64,000 bases of DNA from Eledone cirrhosa (Eukaryota). Positions 28,601 to 42,494 of the stretch are shown piece after piece (the stretch's first letter is position 1; each line of letters opens with the position of its first letter). The notes below the pieces were generated by a model, which worked only from the letters and a program-made list of their open reading frames with translations, ran no database searches and was not told the DNA's origin. Made by a program: the position numbers and the translations under genes. The stretch is from positions 20,522,001 through 20,586,000 of the forward strand of contig OZ024765.1 in assembly GCA_964016885.1 (NCBI GenBank), given 5' to 3'.

Positions 28601-29215
28601 ATGTTTAGTCTCACAAAATATTGTTAATGTAAGATTTTGCTCTAATGTAATAAATGTTACTTTTAAAAGACCGAAGTTCTCAATTTTCTTCTTTCTCTTG
28701 TATATTGATATCTAAAGGATGACAAATGTATGAATTATGTTATAGGGAGGGAAAAAAAGCCACGACCTTCTTCTCTCGTTACAGAAGGCTAACTGACAAC
28801 GTCTTTCGCAGGAGTGACTAGTACTACTGCCTTTTATATACCGTGACAACTGGAAAGACGTGACAAATAAGGATACACTCTGCTCTCCTTATCAACATTG
28901 TCCGAGTCTGAGGACCTTTCCTCCCTGGTTAAGGAGTGAGATAAAATATTAGGGATCAATCTCTAGCAATAATTTCATTAAATCATATTTAACCAGAGAC
29001 TGTTATGTCGTGGTTGTTGCTATATTTTATAGTCGTGGTTTCAATGTTTAACAGGGGTTGTAGAATTAGCTTTATCTAATTATTATCAAACAAAACAGAT
29101 TTATATATTGTCGCCGTTGTACGTTAAAATCACATATATATTTATATACACACCAAGGATGGAGGGACGACGGAATTGAAAACCATTATTGCTGAGTACA
29201 TCACGGCAAGATCTA

Positions 29216-29271
<56 letters not shown>

Positions 29272-29435
29272 CCGTATATATTTAATAATCAGCTATGACC
29301 ATGAAGAAGGTCCCTGTAGATCATCTGGTTGTAGGATCTAATGAACCCGAAAGAAAGTGAAAATATATTTTATGAAAGCCCCAGAAGAATAAATGTAAAC
29401 ATTGACCCGATTATAGTAGAAATAAGAATGAGAAA

Positions 29436-30217
29436 GCCATGAACGCCAGCACATCTATTTTGCTTGGAAACTGAAAGTAGGTTTATAAATATAAATTTTT
29501 TCTTATGTTCTTGTATCTGTTTCGTTGGCCTAATGGTAGGTGTTAGAGACTATGTAGACACTGATGTGGTGTTCAATCTCAGTCCGAATCTGTACTATAT
29601 ATTTTTAAATTAAAATTTTTCTCTAGTAAAGTAAAAAATGAAATTATTATCTATAGACTTTGACTAAAATCGAAACCCAGAGCAGGTTCTCCACCGTCTC
29701 TAATACCTACCATTAGGCCACGGAGACAGATATAAAAACAGTGTGAAAATTAATATTTATAAAGTTACTTTTTTATTTTTGTTTTATACTATAAAAACTA
29801 TAATACGACACACTGCCAGTGATCGAACCCCGGACCTGGACCTCCACCGGCTCTTATACTTACCACTAGGCTAAAGAGACGGTTACGGAAACTTATTGAA
29901 AATTGATATTTATAAACCTACTTTTTCATTACTAGAAAAAACCGGAAGTGGAGAAAATTGAAAAACATCTTCTTTTTCTTCCTCTGATTTTTTTTAATCC
30001 AAAATTTGGATTTAAGTCAGAGACGAGTTATCGTTCGTGGCAAAAATCAGAGGAAGAAAAAGAAAAAGTTTTTCAATTTTCTCCACTTCCGGTTTTTTCT
30101 AGTATAGGTAAGTAAATATTAATTTTCAATGCATTTTTGTAACCGTCCCTGTGGCCTAATGGTAAGTGCTAGAGACGGTGGAGGTCCTGATTTAGGGTTC
30201 GATTTCCGTTAGGTTTT
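29436..30217. ncRNA. Four-unit tRNA-like cassette, array copy 7
   Basis: Near-identical to 1808-2589. Confidence 0.6.
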
Positions 30218-33200
30218 ATACTAATAACTGCGTATTTGTTGCTTTTATTAAGTAAGATTTGAACTAATAATGCTGTACTTTGTAGTAATGTCCCATATTA
30301 TATTCAACATATTTTAAATAAAACTTTTTTTTTTTATAAAAGAAAGAACAAAAAACCTTATTGAAATTAAGAAATGAATTTTATTCAGTAAAGTTGTTTT
30401 TATTTTGTTTTCACTTCATTAACTGCTGAATACGTCTTTTGTTTTTGTTTTTGATTCTTTCTAACCATTGTTTACTGTGAATGGTGACTGCAACGAACCT
30501 GGATTATTACCAAGTTTCACTGGATGATTGTATTATTTTGTTGTCAGTGGACATCTGGACATCTATCTAAATACCTGGAATAAACACAAGGTGTGTGTTT
30601 TACGTAACATTTCATTTTAATGTCTGATGTTCCTGTATTTCACATTTAAAATGTAACCAAAAATAAACAAGACAGGGACGCTACATCAAAATAAACCACA
30701 CAGACGAGGTACGAATAATCTAAAATTAATTTTAACAAACTATAAACGATGTTTAAAGAGAGATGAACATTAAAATAGGATTTCAAACAAACACGTAAAC
30801 ACAAAGACAATTACAGCCTCCATAATCTAATATCTGAAGATCAACATTTTTCACGATAGAAATAAAACTAAATATGTAAAGTTTAGTGGCCCCTGATTTA
30901 CTTGCTTTTAATTTCATTTTGATAATCTGTATTCTGTAGACATATATTTATGATTTTAATGATGAAATTTCCTCTTGTCTTTAAAAGATTATTACTTATA
31001 AAAATTATAATAGTCACCTCCTCCTCTCGATTAATATGTAGCTTACCCACAGGGGTTCCTCAACTGGGCGGTTTCAACTGTTGGGTGGGCGATGAGCAGC
31101 TGAACAGAAAATTGAGGGCCATTGGAAACTTTGGTGGCCGATATAGAATTTTGAGATTTAAGAAGGTATGCTACCCGAAAACCTATTCAAGGAATATATG
31201 CAAAGAACCTGAATAAAAATCAGGAAGCTAATTGGGAAAATTAAACCAGGAACAAACATTTACGAAACATATTTGGTATACTTTGGAATATTTACTATAC
31301 AGGTGGCTGGTGGAACATCTTTTCATGTGAATGTGGGAAATGACGCCAAAATATTTGGCAACCCTTGGCCTACACCTTACTAAATGTTCTGGAGACAAGC
31401 CTCTTCGCTATATATCATAGTTCTTCAATCCTTCATCTTCCACAGTTGGTGAAGTATTTCGATTTGATATGACGATCGCAGAGTTAGATTTAGGACGTGG
31501 TGGCGTTCATGGGTTTCTTAGTGTTGTTACTAGAAAGGGTCGACTCTGTCTTTCACACTTCAGGTTTTTTCATGAATTAAATATCCATTTTCTTTCTGAT
31601 CGGTCTAACAATGATTTGAACCTACAATGACTCCGTCTGTAATAACGTTCTCTTATTTGAAATAATACATACCTAACTCCCGTGTCTGTGTGTGTGAAAA
31701 ATATTCCAACTTAAAGCGACGTGCCCGTAAATTGTTTAGCCTGATTCCTATATATAGATAATGTGTAATATTTGAACCTTCATGGAGGGTCTTTGCCGTA
31801 ATTTCCCGTAACTCCGACTAGAATTCATTATGTAGTTTTTTCGTCCGTTAAAAATAATGATTAAAACAGTTCTATATCCACAGTTATATACACCTCTTCA
31901 TCACATATTATATTATTTCCACCAATAACTACATTATATCCTTAAATATGACACCAAGACATATAATTTGTAAATAAAAGATAAAATATTAAAACCTCAA
32001 TTTTTAAATAATTTTACCCCACCTTTGTGTTCAGGTTAACCCATAATTTTATGATTTTGGAGCATATAACTTATCGTACCAGTCATGTACTGGGATCAAT
32101 TTAACGGATTGGTTCCTCCCCGCAAATTACTTGACTTTTGCCTAAGTAAGACATACTCACAGAATGTATCGATGTACATGTATGAATGTATATATATATA
32201 TATATATATATTAGTATATTTTATGTTTACAATAAAAATAGACAAACAATTTAATGATAATATGAAATGAAATTATTATTATTTATTAATAATATTTTTA
32301 TTGTTTTCACTGCATTAACTTCTGAGTGTGACTTTGTTTTTCTTACTATTTTCTACTGTAAATGGCGGCTTAATTGGATTATTACTAAGGTTTACTGGAT
32401 TGTGGTGTTTCTTTATTGTTTTATATTTCAATCAGTGGACATCAGGATAGCTTTCTATATACCTGGGATAAATGTAAAGAGTACTGACTTTCATCTGCAG
32501 TTCAATGGTGATGTCTTCTTATATTTTCATTTACTTCTGCAATACTGTAGTCTTTTCATTATTTTAAATATTTCTATCATGTCACTCGTTTGATATATCT
32601 CCCCGAAAGATATAGTTATTCAGAGCTTTACATTGGAATAGTGTACTACTATTTAAATATTAGTCCTTTAAATATATATTTCTATCATGTACCCCCCCCC
32701 CCCCCTCTTAGATTTATCTCCTCTAAATTTGCAATCCCTAAAGTTTAACATCTTTCTTCAGAAGACAGATTTCTTAATAATTCTGGTGTTTTCTGTTTTG
32801 TTCTTTTCTGGATTCCTTTAATAGCTTCTCCGTATTTTCTGAAGTCGTCTGACCATGCCCCAAAACAATATTCTAGGTCGTATCACACATATCATTCAAC
32901 TAGTGTTTTAGACCTCTCGACATTTAGCTAGGCAAAGGAATGTTTTATTATTCCTATCATCTGAATTCCTTTTTTTTCTTCAACATGTTTAGCCATCTTT
33001 AAAATCATATTCATACATATTCACAATTCCTCGTGGAGGGGTATAAGAGACATGTATAAATATAGCTGCATATTACTACAAAATAACTTGAACCGTATCG
33101 CGAAACATTTTGTAAAGTATCTCTGTAATTATTCTCATTTCGATTTTCTGTAGAATGTATTGACGTTTAAAAAAAGAGACAATTGCCCTTCTGCTAATAA

Positions 33201-34025
33201 TCTCTTTGTCCATTCCATGTTTAGTCTCACAAAATATTGTTAATGTAAGATTTTGCTCTAATGTAATAAATGTTACTTTTAAAAGACCGAAGTTCTCAAT
33301 TTTCTTCTTTCTCTTGTATATTGATATCTAAAGGATGACAAATGTATGAATTATGTTATAGGGAGGGAAAAAAAGCCACGACCTTCTTCTCTCGTTACAG
33401 AAGGCTAACTGACAACGTCTTTCGCAGGAGTGACTAGTACTACTGCCTTTTATATACCGTGACAACTGGAAAGACGTGACAAATAAGGATACACTCTGCT
33501 CTCCTTATCAACATTGTCCGAGTCTGAGGACCTTTCCTCCCTGGTTAAGGAGTGAGATAAAATATTAGGGATCAATCTCTAGCAATAATTTCATTAAATC
33601 ATATTTAACCAGAGACTGTTATGTCGTGGTTGTTGCTATATTTTATAGTCGTGGTTTCAATGTTTAACAGGGGTTGTAGAATTAGCTTTATCTAATTATT
33701 ATCAAACAAAACAGATTTATATATTGTCGCCGTTGTACGTTAAAATCACATATATATTTATATACACACCAAGGATGGAGGGACGACGGAATTGAAAACC
33801 ATTATTGCTGAGTACATCACGGCAAGATCTAATACACACACACACACACACACACACACTCCCGTATATATTTAATAATCAGCTATGACCATGAAGAAGG
33901 TCCCTGTAGATCATCTGGTTGTAGGATCTAATGAACCCGAAAGAAAGTGAAAATATATTTTATGAAAGCCCCAGAAGAATAAATGTAAACATTGACCCGA
34001 TTATAGTAGAAATAAGAATGAGAAA

Positions 34026-34807
34026 GCCATGAACGCCAGCACATCTATTTTGCTTGGAAACTGAAAGTAGGTTTATAAATATAAATTTTTTCTTATGTTC
34101 TTGTATCTGTTTCGTTGGCCTAATGGTAGGTGTTAGAGACTATGTAGACACTGATGTGGTGTTCAATCTCAGTCCGAATCTGTACTATATATTTTTAAAT
34201 TTAAATTTTTCTCTAGTAAAGTAAAAAATAAAATTATTATCTATAGACTTTGACTAAAATCGAAACCCAGAGCAGGTTCTCCACCGTCTCTAATACCTAC
34301 CATTAGGCCACGGAGACAGATATAAAAACAGTGTGAAAATTAATATTTATAAAGTTACTTTTTTATTTTTGTTTTATACTATAAAAACTATAATACGACA
34401 CACTGCCAGTGATCGAACCCCGGACCTGGACCTCCACCGGCTCTTATACTTACCACTAGGCTAAAGAGACGGTTACGGAAACTTATTGAAAATTGATATT
34501 TATAAACCTACTTTTTCATTACTAGAAAAAACCGGAAGTGGAGAAAATTGAAAAACATCTTCTTTTTCTTCCTCTGATTTTTTTTAATCCAAAATTTGGA
34601 TTTAAGTCAGAGACGAGTTATCGTTCGTGGCAAAAATCAGAGGAAGAAAAAGAAAAAGTTTTTCAATTTTCTCCACTTCCGGTTTTTTCTAGTATAGGTA
34701 AGTAAATATTAATTTTCAATGCATTTTTGTAACCGTCCCTGTGGCCTAATGGTAAGTGCTAGAGACGGTGGAGGTCCTGATTTAGGGTTCGATTTCCGTT
34801 AGGTTTT
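34026..34807. ncRNA. Four-unit tRNA-like cassette, array copy 8
   Basis: Near-identical to 1808-2589. Confidence 0.6.
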
Positions 34808-37800
34808 ATACTAATAACTGCGTATTTGTTGCTTTTATTAAGTAAGATTTGAACTAATAATGCTGTACTTTGTAGTAATGTCCCATATTATATTCAACAT
34901 ATTTTAAATAAAACTTTTTTTTTTTATAAAAGAAAGAACAAAAAACCTTATTGAAATTAAGAAATGAATTTTATTCAGTAAAGTTGTTTTTATTTTGTTT
35001 TCACTTCATTAACTGCTGAATACGTCTTTTGTTTTTGTTTTTGATTCTTTCTAACCATTGTTTACTGTGAATGGTGACTGCAACGAACCTGGATTATTAC
35101 CAAGTTTCACTGGATGATTGTATTATTTTGTTGTCAGTGGACATCTGGACATCTATCTAAATACCTGGAATAAACACAAGGTGTGTGTTTTACGTAACAT
35201 TTCATTTTAATGTCTGATGTTCCTGTATTTCACATTTAAAATGTAACCAAAAATAAACAAGACAGGGACGCTACATCAAAATAAACCACACAGACGAGGT
35301 ACGAATAATCTAAAATTAATTTTAACAAACTATAAACGATGTTTAAAGAGAGATGAACATTAAAATAGGATTTCAAACAAACACGTAAACACAAAGACAA
35401 TTACAGCCTCCATAATCTAATATCTGAAGATCAACATTTTTCACGATAGAAATAAAACTAAATATGTAAAGTTTAGTGGCCCCTGATTTACTTGCTTTTA
35501 ATTTCATTTTGATAATCTGTATTCTGTAGACATATATTTATGATTTTAATGATGAAATTTCCTCTTGTCTTTAAAAGATTATTACTTATAAAAATTATAA
35601 TAGTCACCTCCTCCTCTCGATTAATATGTAGCTTACCCACAGGGGTTCCTCAACTGGGCGGTTTCAACTGTTGGGTGGGCGATGAGCAGCTGAACAGAAA
35701 ATTGAGGGCCATTGGAAACTTTGGTGGCCGATATAGAATTTTGAGATTTAAGAAGGTATGCTACCCGAAAACCTATTCAAGGAATATATGCAAAGAACCT
35801 GAATAAAAATCAGGAAGCTAATTGGGAAAATTAAACCAGGAACAAACATTTACGAAACATATTTGGTATACTTTGGAATATTTACTATACAGGTGGCTGG
35901 TGGAACATCTTTTCATGTGAATGTGGGAAATGACGCCAAAATATTTGGCAACCCTTGGCCTACACCTTACTAAATGTTCTGGAGACAAGCCTCTTCGCTA
36001 TATATCATAGTTCTTCAATCCTTCATCTTCCACAGTTGGTGAAGTATTTCGATTTGATATGACGATCGCAGAGTTAGATTTAGGACGTGGTGGCGTTCAT
36101 GGGTTTCTTAGTGTTGTTACTAGAAAGGGTCGACTCTGTCTTTCACACTTCAGGTTTTTTCATGAATTAAATATCCATTTTCTTTCTGATCGGTCTAACA
36201 ATGATTTGAACCTACAATGACTCCGTCTGTAATAACGTTCTCTTATTTGAAATAATACATACCTAACTCCCGTGTCTGTGTGTGTGAAAAATATTCCAAC
36301 TTAAAGCGACGTGCCCGTAAATTGTTTAGCCTGATTCCTATATATAGATAATGTGTAATATTTGAACCTTCATGGAGGGTCTTTGCCGTAATTTCCCGTA
36401 ACTCCGACTAGAATTCATTATGTAGTTTTTTCGTCCGTTAAAAATAATGATTAAAACAGTTCTATATCCACAGTTATATACACCTCTTCATCACATATTA
36501 TATTATTTCCACCAATAACTACATTATATCCTTAAATATGACACCAAGACATATAATTTGTAAATAAAAGATAAAATATTAAAACCTCAATTTTTAAATA
36601 ATTTTACCCCACCTTTGTGTTCAGGTTAACCCATAATTTTATGATTTTGGAGCATATAACTTATCGTACCAGTCATGTACTGGGATCAATTTAACGGATT
36701 GGTTCCTCCCCGCAAATTACTTGACTTTTGCCTAAGTAAGACATACTCACAGAATGTATCGATGTACATGTATGAATGTATATATATATATATATATATA
36801 TTAGTATATTTTATGTTTACAATAAAAATAGACAAACAATTTAATGATAATATGAAATGAAATTATTATTATTTATTAATAATATTTTTATTGTTTTCAC
36901 TGCATTAACTTCTGAGTGTGACTTTGTTTTTCTTACTATTTTCTACTGTAAATGGCGGCTTAATTGGATTATTACTAAGGTTTACTGGATTGTGGTGTTT
37001 CTTTATTGTTTTATATTTCAATCAGTGGACATCAGGATAGCTTTCTATATACCTGGGATAAATGTAAAGAGTACTGACTTTCATCTGCAGTTCAATGGTG
37101 ATGTCTTCTTATATTTTCATTTACTTCTGCAATACTGTAGTCTTTTCATTATTTTAAATATTTCTATCATGTCACTCGTTTGATATATCTCCCCGAAAGA
37201 TATAGTTATTCAGAGCTTTACATTGGAATAGTGTACTACTATTTAAATATTAGTCCTTTAAATATATATTTCTATCATGTCCCCCCCACCCTCTTAGATT
37301 TATCTCCTCTAAATTTGCAATCCCTAAAGTTTAACATCTTTCTTCAGAAGACGATTTCTTAATAATTCTGGTGTTTTCTGTTTTGTTCTTTTCTGGATTC
37401 CTTCAATAGCTTCTCCGTATTTTCTGAAGTCGTCTGACCATGCCCCAAAACAATATTCTAGGTCGTATCACACATATCATTCAACTAGTGTTTTAGACCT
37501 CTCGACATTTAGCTAGGCAAAGGAATGTTTTATTATTCCTATCATCTGAATTCCTTTTTTTTCTTCAACATGTTTAGCCATCTTTAAAATCATATTCATA
37601 CATATTCACAATTCCTCGTGGAGGGCTATAAGAGACATGTATAAATATAGCTGCATATTACTACAAAATAACTTGAACCATATCGCGAAACATTTTGTAA
37701 AGTATCTCTGTAATTATTCTCATTTCGATTTTCTGTAGAATGTATTGACGTTTAAGATAGAGACAATTGCCCTTCTTCTAATAATCTCTTTGTCCATTCC

Positions 37801-39264
37801 ATGTTTAGTCTCACAAAATATTGTTAATGCAAGATTTTGCTCTAATGTAATAAATGTTACTTTTAAAAGACCGAAGTTCTCAATTTTCTTCTTTCTCTTG
37901 TATATTGATATCTAAAGGATGACAAATGTATGAATTATGTGATAGGGAGGAAAAAAGCCACGACCTTCTTCTCTCGTTACAGAAGGCTAACTGACAACGT
38001 CTTTAGCAGGAGTGACTAGTACTACTGCCTTTTATATACCGTGACAACTGGAAAGACGTGACAAATAAGGATACACTCTGCTCTCCTTATCAATATTGTC
38101 CGAGTCTGAGGACCTTTCCTCCCTGGTTAAGGAGTGAGATAAAATATTAGGGATCAATCTCTAGCAATAATTTCATTAAATCATATTTAACCAGAGGCTG
38201 TTATGTCGTGGTTGTTGCTATATTTTATAGTCGTGGTTTCAATGTTTAACAGGGGTTGTAGAATTAGCTTTATCTAATTATTATCAAACAAAACAGATTT
38301 ATATATTGTCGCCGTTGTACGTTAAAATCACATATATATTTATATACACACCAAGGATGGAGGGACGACGGAATTGAAAACCATTATTGCTGAGTACATC
38401 ACGGCAAGATCTAATACACACACACACACACTCCTGTATATATTTAATAATCAGCTATGACCATGAAGAAGGTCCCTGTAGATCATCTGGTTGTAGGATC
38501 TAATGAACCCGAAAGAAAGTGAAAATATATTTTATGAAAGCCCCAGAAGAATAAATGTAAACATTGACCCGATTATAGTAGAAATAACGTACCAAACCAG
38601 GATGCACTCCTCTGTCCCCTTCAACATTATCAGAGCTTCATTCCTCCCAATGTTATTGCTACTAGAAACGGACGACCTTGTCTTTCCTCACTCTGCGGTT
38701 TTATTAAAGTAAATCTGGATTTTGTTTATCATCGTTCTAGAGTTGATTTGAACCTACATTAACACCGTTGATACTACTGCTAGTTAACCTCTAATCTGTC
38801 ATACCTGTGTGTGGGTGTCTGTATGTTAACGATTCCAGCCTAGGTCGACCTACTTATTTGTCAAACCTGATCCCTATATAGATAAATACTATATGTAAGT
38901 GTACAATATTTGAACCTATAATGATGTGCTTTACAGTAATGCCATGTAACATCAACTAGATGTAACTATGTATATGTTTCTTTATTAAAATAATTAAAGT
39001 CACCTCTATATTCCTTACTAAAGATTGAACTCCTGACATCCCCTTACAATCTCAACTATGAAGTATTAAAACTTCTATTTATTATTTCTAACCTCACCTC
39101 TTTGTATTCTCGATGTAAATCCTGGCGAGATTAATTTTCAATTTTTATTTTTGGAGCAGATAAAACATAATACCAGTCAAATAATGGAATCAATTAAATC
39201 GATTGGCTTCACTTAAATTTCTGCACTTTTGCCTGAATATATATATATATATATATATATATTA

Positions 39265-39530
39265 TGGTATTCCGTCAGTTACGACGGTGAGTGTTCCAGT
39301 TGACTCGATCAACAGAACAGCCTGTTCGTGAAAGTGATTAAGCATTCTACAGAAGTGTTTACCCTTACCGTAGTTCTCAGGGAGATTCAGTTTGAAACAG
39401 AGTGAGAAATGGCCGACTCTGCTACTTACACGTTTATGCCAGCTTTGATAGAACGATGGGAAATGAAGTGTCTTGCTCAAGATAACACGATTATGAACCG
39501 AATACCATAACTTTTAAACTACGCGGCTTT
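39265..39530 (-). mobile_element. Degenerate tRNA-derived SINE
   Basis: GGTATTCCGTCAGTTACGACG...GATCAACAGAACAGCCTG...GAAATGAAGTGTCTTGCTCAAG. It shares the AAATGAAGTGT(T/C)TTGCTCAAG block with 47825-48060 and the GATCAA.AGAACAGCCTG block with ~47065. Confidence 0.65.
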
Positions 39531-39969
39531 ACAGAGAGGGAGAGATTAACCAGAAATATATTTTGATAATGGAAAAGGCTTTTTTTATTCAACAAGTCTT
39601 TAAATATTTTTGCAATGAAAAAAGGAAAAAAAATAAATAAATTTACGAAATGAGTATTATTCAGTAGTTTTATTTTTGTATATTTTTACTGCATTAACTG
39701 CGGCGTATGTGTTTTGTTTGTTTTTTCTTAGTATTGTCTGTTAATGGCGACTGCGGTGAAATTTGAAAAAAGTCACTCGAAGGTAAAGCCAATCATTGTC
39801 ACAATTTAATGTCTGAACTTCAATATTTTCATGATGTAATTAAAATTTCATAACTTGAATTTATTGAACTCCGATTTGATTTCTCATAAATGTTTTAATA
39901 ATGCATATTCTGCTTAGATATTTTCGATGTTGTACATTACGATTTTGTTGACATTATCTGATGTCTTTA

Positions 39970-40072
39970 AGCCGAGGTTAACTTTGCCTTTCATCCTTAC
40001 GGGGTCGATAAACTAAAATACCAGTAATGCACTGGGGTAATTGCTGGTCTTGTGCCAAAAGTAGAAACAATT
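39970..40072 (+). mobile_element. SINE body fragment
   Basis: GCCGAGGTTAACTTTGCCTTTCATCCTTACGGGGTCGATAAA...TACCAGTAATGCACTGGGG, near-identical to 61450-61550. Confidence 0.85.
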
Positions 40073-40309
40073 ATCTCTTATAAGCAGTATAATGGCGTGT
40101 TCCTCCTCTCATATTTACATTTTCTTCTGTAATACTGTATTGTCATTTATATTTTCAAGTCCATCTTTTTAAATATTTCTTTCGTGTACATATCTTGAAG
40201 AATTCTTCCATGTATTGATAAATGTTTCAGAAAAAATATTTTCTAGTAAAATGGTGATCCCTCCTCACTGTTGTGTTTCCTTCTGGAATACTGTACTTTC
40301 AAGTGCTTT

Positions 40310-40740
40310 CATTATTTTAAATATATATATATCTTCAGTTTGACTTATTTCCTCTATAATTGTATTTCCTACAGAGTAGTGTACTAGTATTTATATTTTC
40401 AAGGCTTTACATTTATCTGGAATAATGTAATATTTCATGACTTCCCTTAGCTTTCACTCCTCTAGTGTTGGGATTTCTTAATTATTCTGGTCTTTTATAT
40501 TTTTTCTTGTCGGGATTCCTTCAATATCTTCTGTTCTTTCGGAAGTCGTGAGACAAGGCCCCCCAAAACAATATTTTAAGTGGTAGCTCTCATTTCATTT
40601 ATCTAGAGTTTAAAGTTTACCTGACTTTACACAAGTTAAGAAATATTTTATTATTCCTATCATCTGACTTGCTGTGTTTTCTTTAACATAGTTAGCCACC
40701 TTTAAATTCAAATTCATACATATTCCCAATTCGTTGGGGG
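40310..40740 (-). pseudogene. CR1/L2 RT remnant, diverged paralogue of 340-815
   Basis: The minus strand reads NELGICMNLNLKVANYVKENTASQMIGIIKYF..HLKYC, matching the DLGV..D.NLK...H....A..MLG.IKR.F..HLEYC pattern. Confidence 0.7.
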
Positions 40741-40818
40741 AGGGGTATAAGAGGCGCCTCTTTATGTTACAATTCTTTGCCGAAACCTATTTTGTACATT
40801 CGATGTACGAACATAATT

Positions 40819-40858
<40 letters not shown>

Positions 40859-42494
40859 CATGCCATGAATAAATATAGCTGTGTATATATATATATCTGC
40901 ATATTAACTCCTCCCCGAAATATATTTTATATTTCTATCATGGCTCCCCCCCCTTTTTTTTTTTAAGTTACAATTCCTATGTTTTCCATCTTCACAAGAC
41001 ATTTCTTAATATTTCTGGTATTTTATTTTTGTTCTTTATTTTCCTTCAATAATTTCTGATTCCTTTCGGTGGTGTTTCACCTATTTATCTACAGTTATAA
41101 CATGTTTCTCTAAATAAAGGAAGGTTTTATTATATCTATCGTCCAACTTGCTGTGTTCGTCTTTAACATTCTTATCCACTTTAAAATTAAAGATTTACAC
41201 ATTTCCGTTTTTTTGTTGGGTGGAGTGAATAATAGGGGCATTGTAACCTCAAAATATCGATGTGGAAACCTGCTTGTATATTAAACACTCAACATACCAA
41301 TATGATAAATATATGTATGTTTACAAAAGCCATGTATAAGTATACCTGCACATTAACTCTTATCCAAACATTTGTTTCTCAAAATATGGTGAGACATATT
41401 CCGATAAATACTGCTACTTGTCTTTGTAAGTGTTTCTTTTCAATGAATTTTTCATTTCAGTTTTCAGCAGACAGTACTGGCGTTGAAGATGCAATAAATT
41501 GTCCTTATTATAATCACCAGCTTGTCTCAAATTCGTCTGTTTTTGTTACTTCGTCCATTTCACGTTTAGTGTTACAAACTCTGACGTTTCTACACCAATT
41601 TTCTATCGTTAATTCTTGATTGTATTTTAATGTAATAAAATATTTCTTTTCAAATATTTACTTTCTCACGTTAATTCTTTCTCTTGTGTGTTGTTATCTC
41701 ATGAATAAAAATATATATGATTTGCGAGAGAGGAAATATGACACGACCTTCCTTCATCGCTGCAGGAGTCCAACTGGCAATGAACTGACCATGAGAGGCA
41801 AGTACTCGACAACAGTGAACATCACGTGTTTGGTGTTAAGGAACACACTACCATTTATATACTGTGGTAAATGGAAAGCCGAGTCAAACCTTAACATTCT
41901 CAGAGACCCTTTTCTCCCTTATGAAGCAGTGAAATAAAGAATTGCAGGGGATTATTTTTAACAGGAGACTGTTATATCGTGGTTGTTGTTATAATATGTA
42001 GTTAGGGTTTCAATCTTTAGCTGGGATTGTAAAATTACTTTTATTAACTAAAAGCATCAAAAAAATATAGCGTCCTTGTACGTTCAAACTGAAGAGGCAT
42101 TATTGCCAACACATCACTGTAAGATCAAATCTAACACACACTCACATATATATATAGATTGAGGGATGACAGAACTGAAGAGGCATCATTGCCAATACAT
42201 CACTGTAGGATCAAATCTAACACACACACACACACACATGTATATATTTAGTAATCAGGTATGACCAATGAGGGTCGTTAATGGAGATCATCTGGTTGTG
42301 GGATCAAATCAACCCTGGCTAAATGAGATATCAAATCAAGATTTATTTTATCAAAGCCTCAGTAGTATAACAATCAACGTCAACCCTTTATAGTATTAAT
42401 TCGACTGAGAAAGGCATGAACACCACCACGTCAATTAAGCTTGGAAATAGAAAGTAGGTTTATAAATATTAATTTTCACCTTGTTTTTGTATCC

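Larger units (their letters stand above)
1..38587. repeat. Tandem macrosatellite, about 8.4 head-to-tail copies of a ~4.6 kb unit (continues beyond the left edge)
   Basis: The same marker (ATGAAATTATTATTATTTATT) recurs at 50, 4605, 9171, 13857, 18453, 23028, 27652, 32267 and 36857 (spacings 4555-4686 bp). Copies are near-identical. The ninth copy breaks off after GTAGAAATAA at ~38587. Confidence 0.98.
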
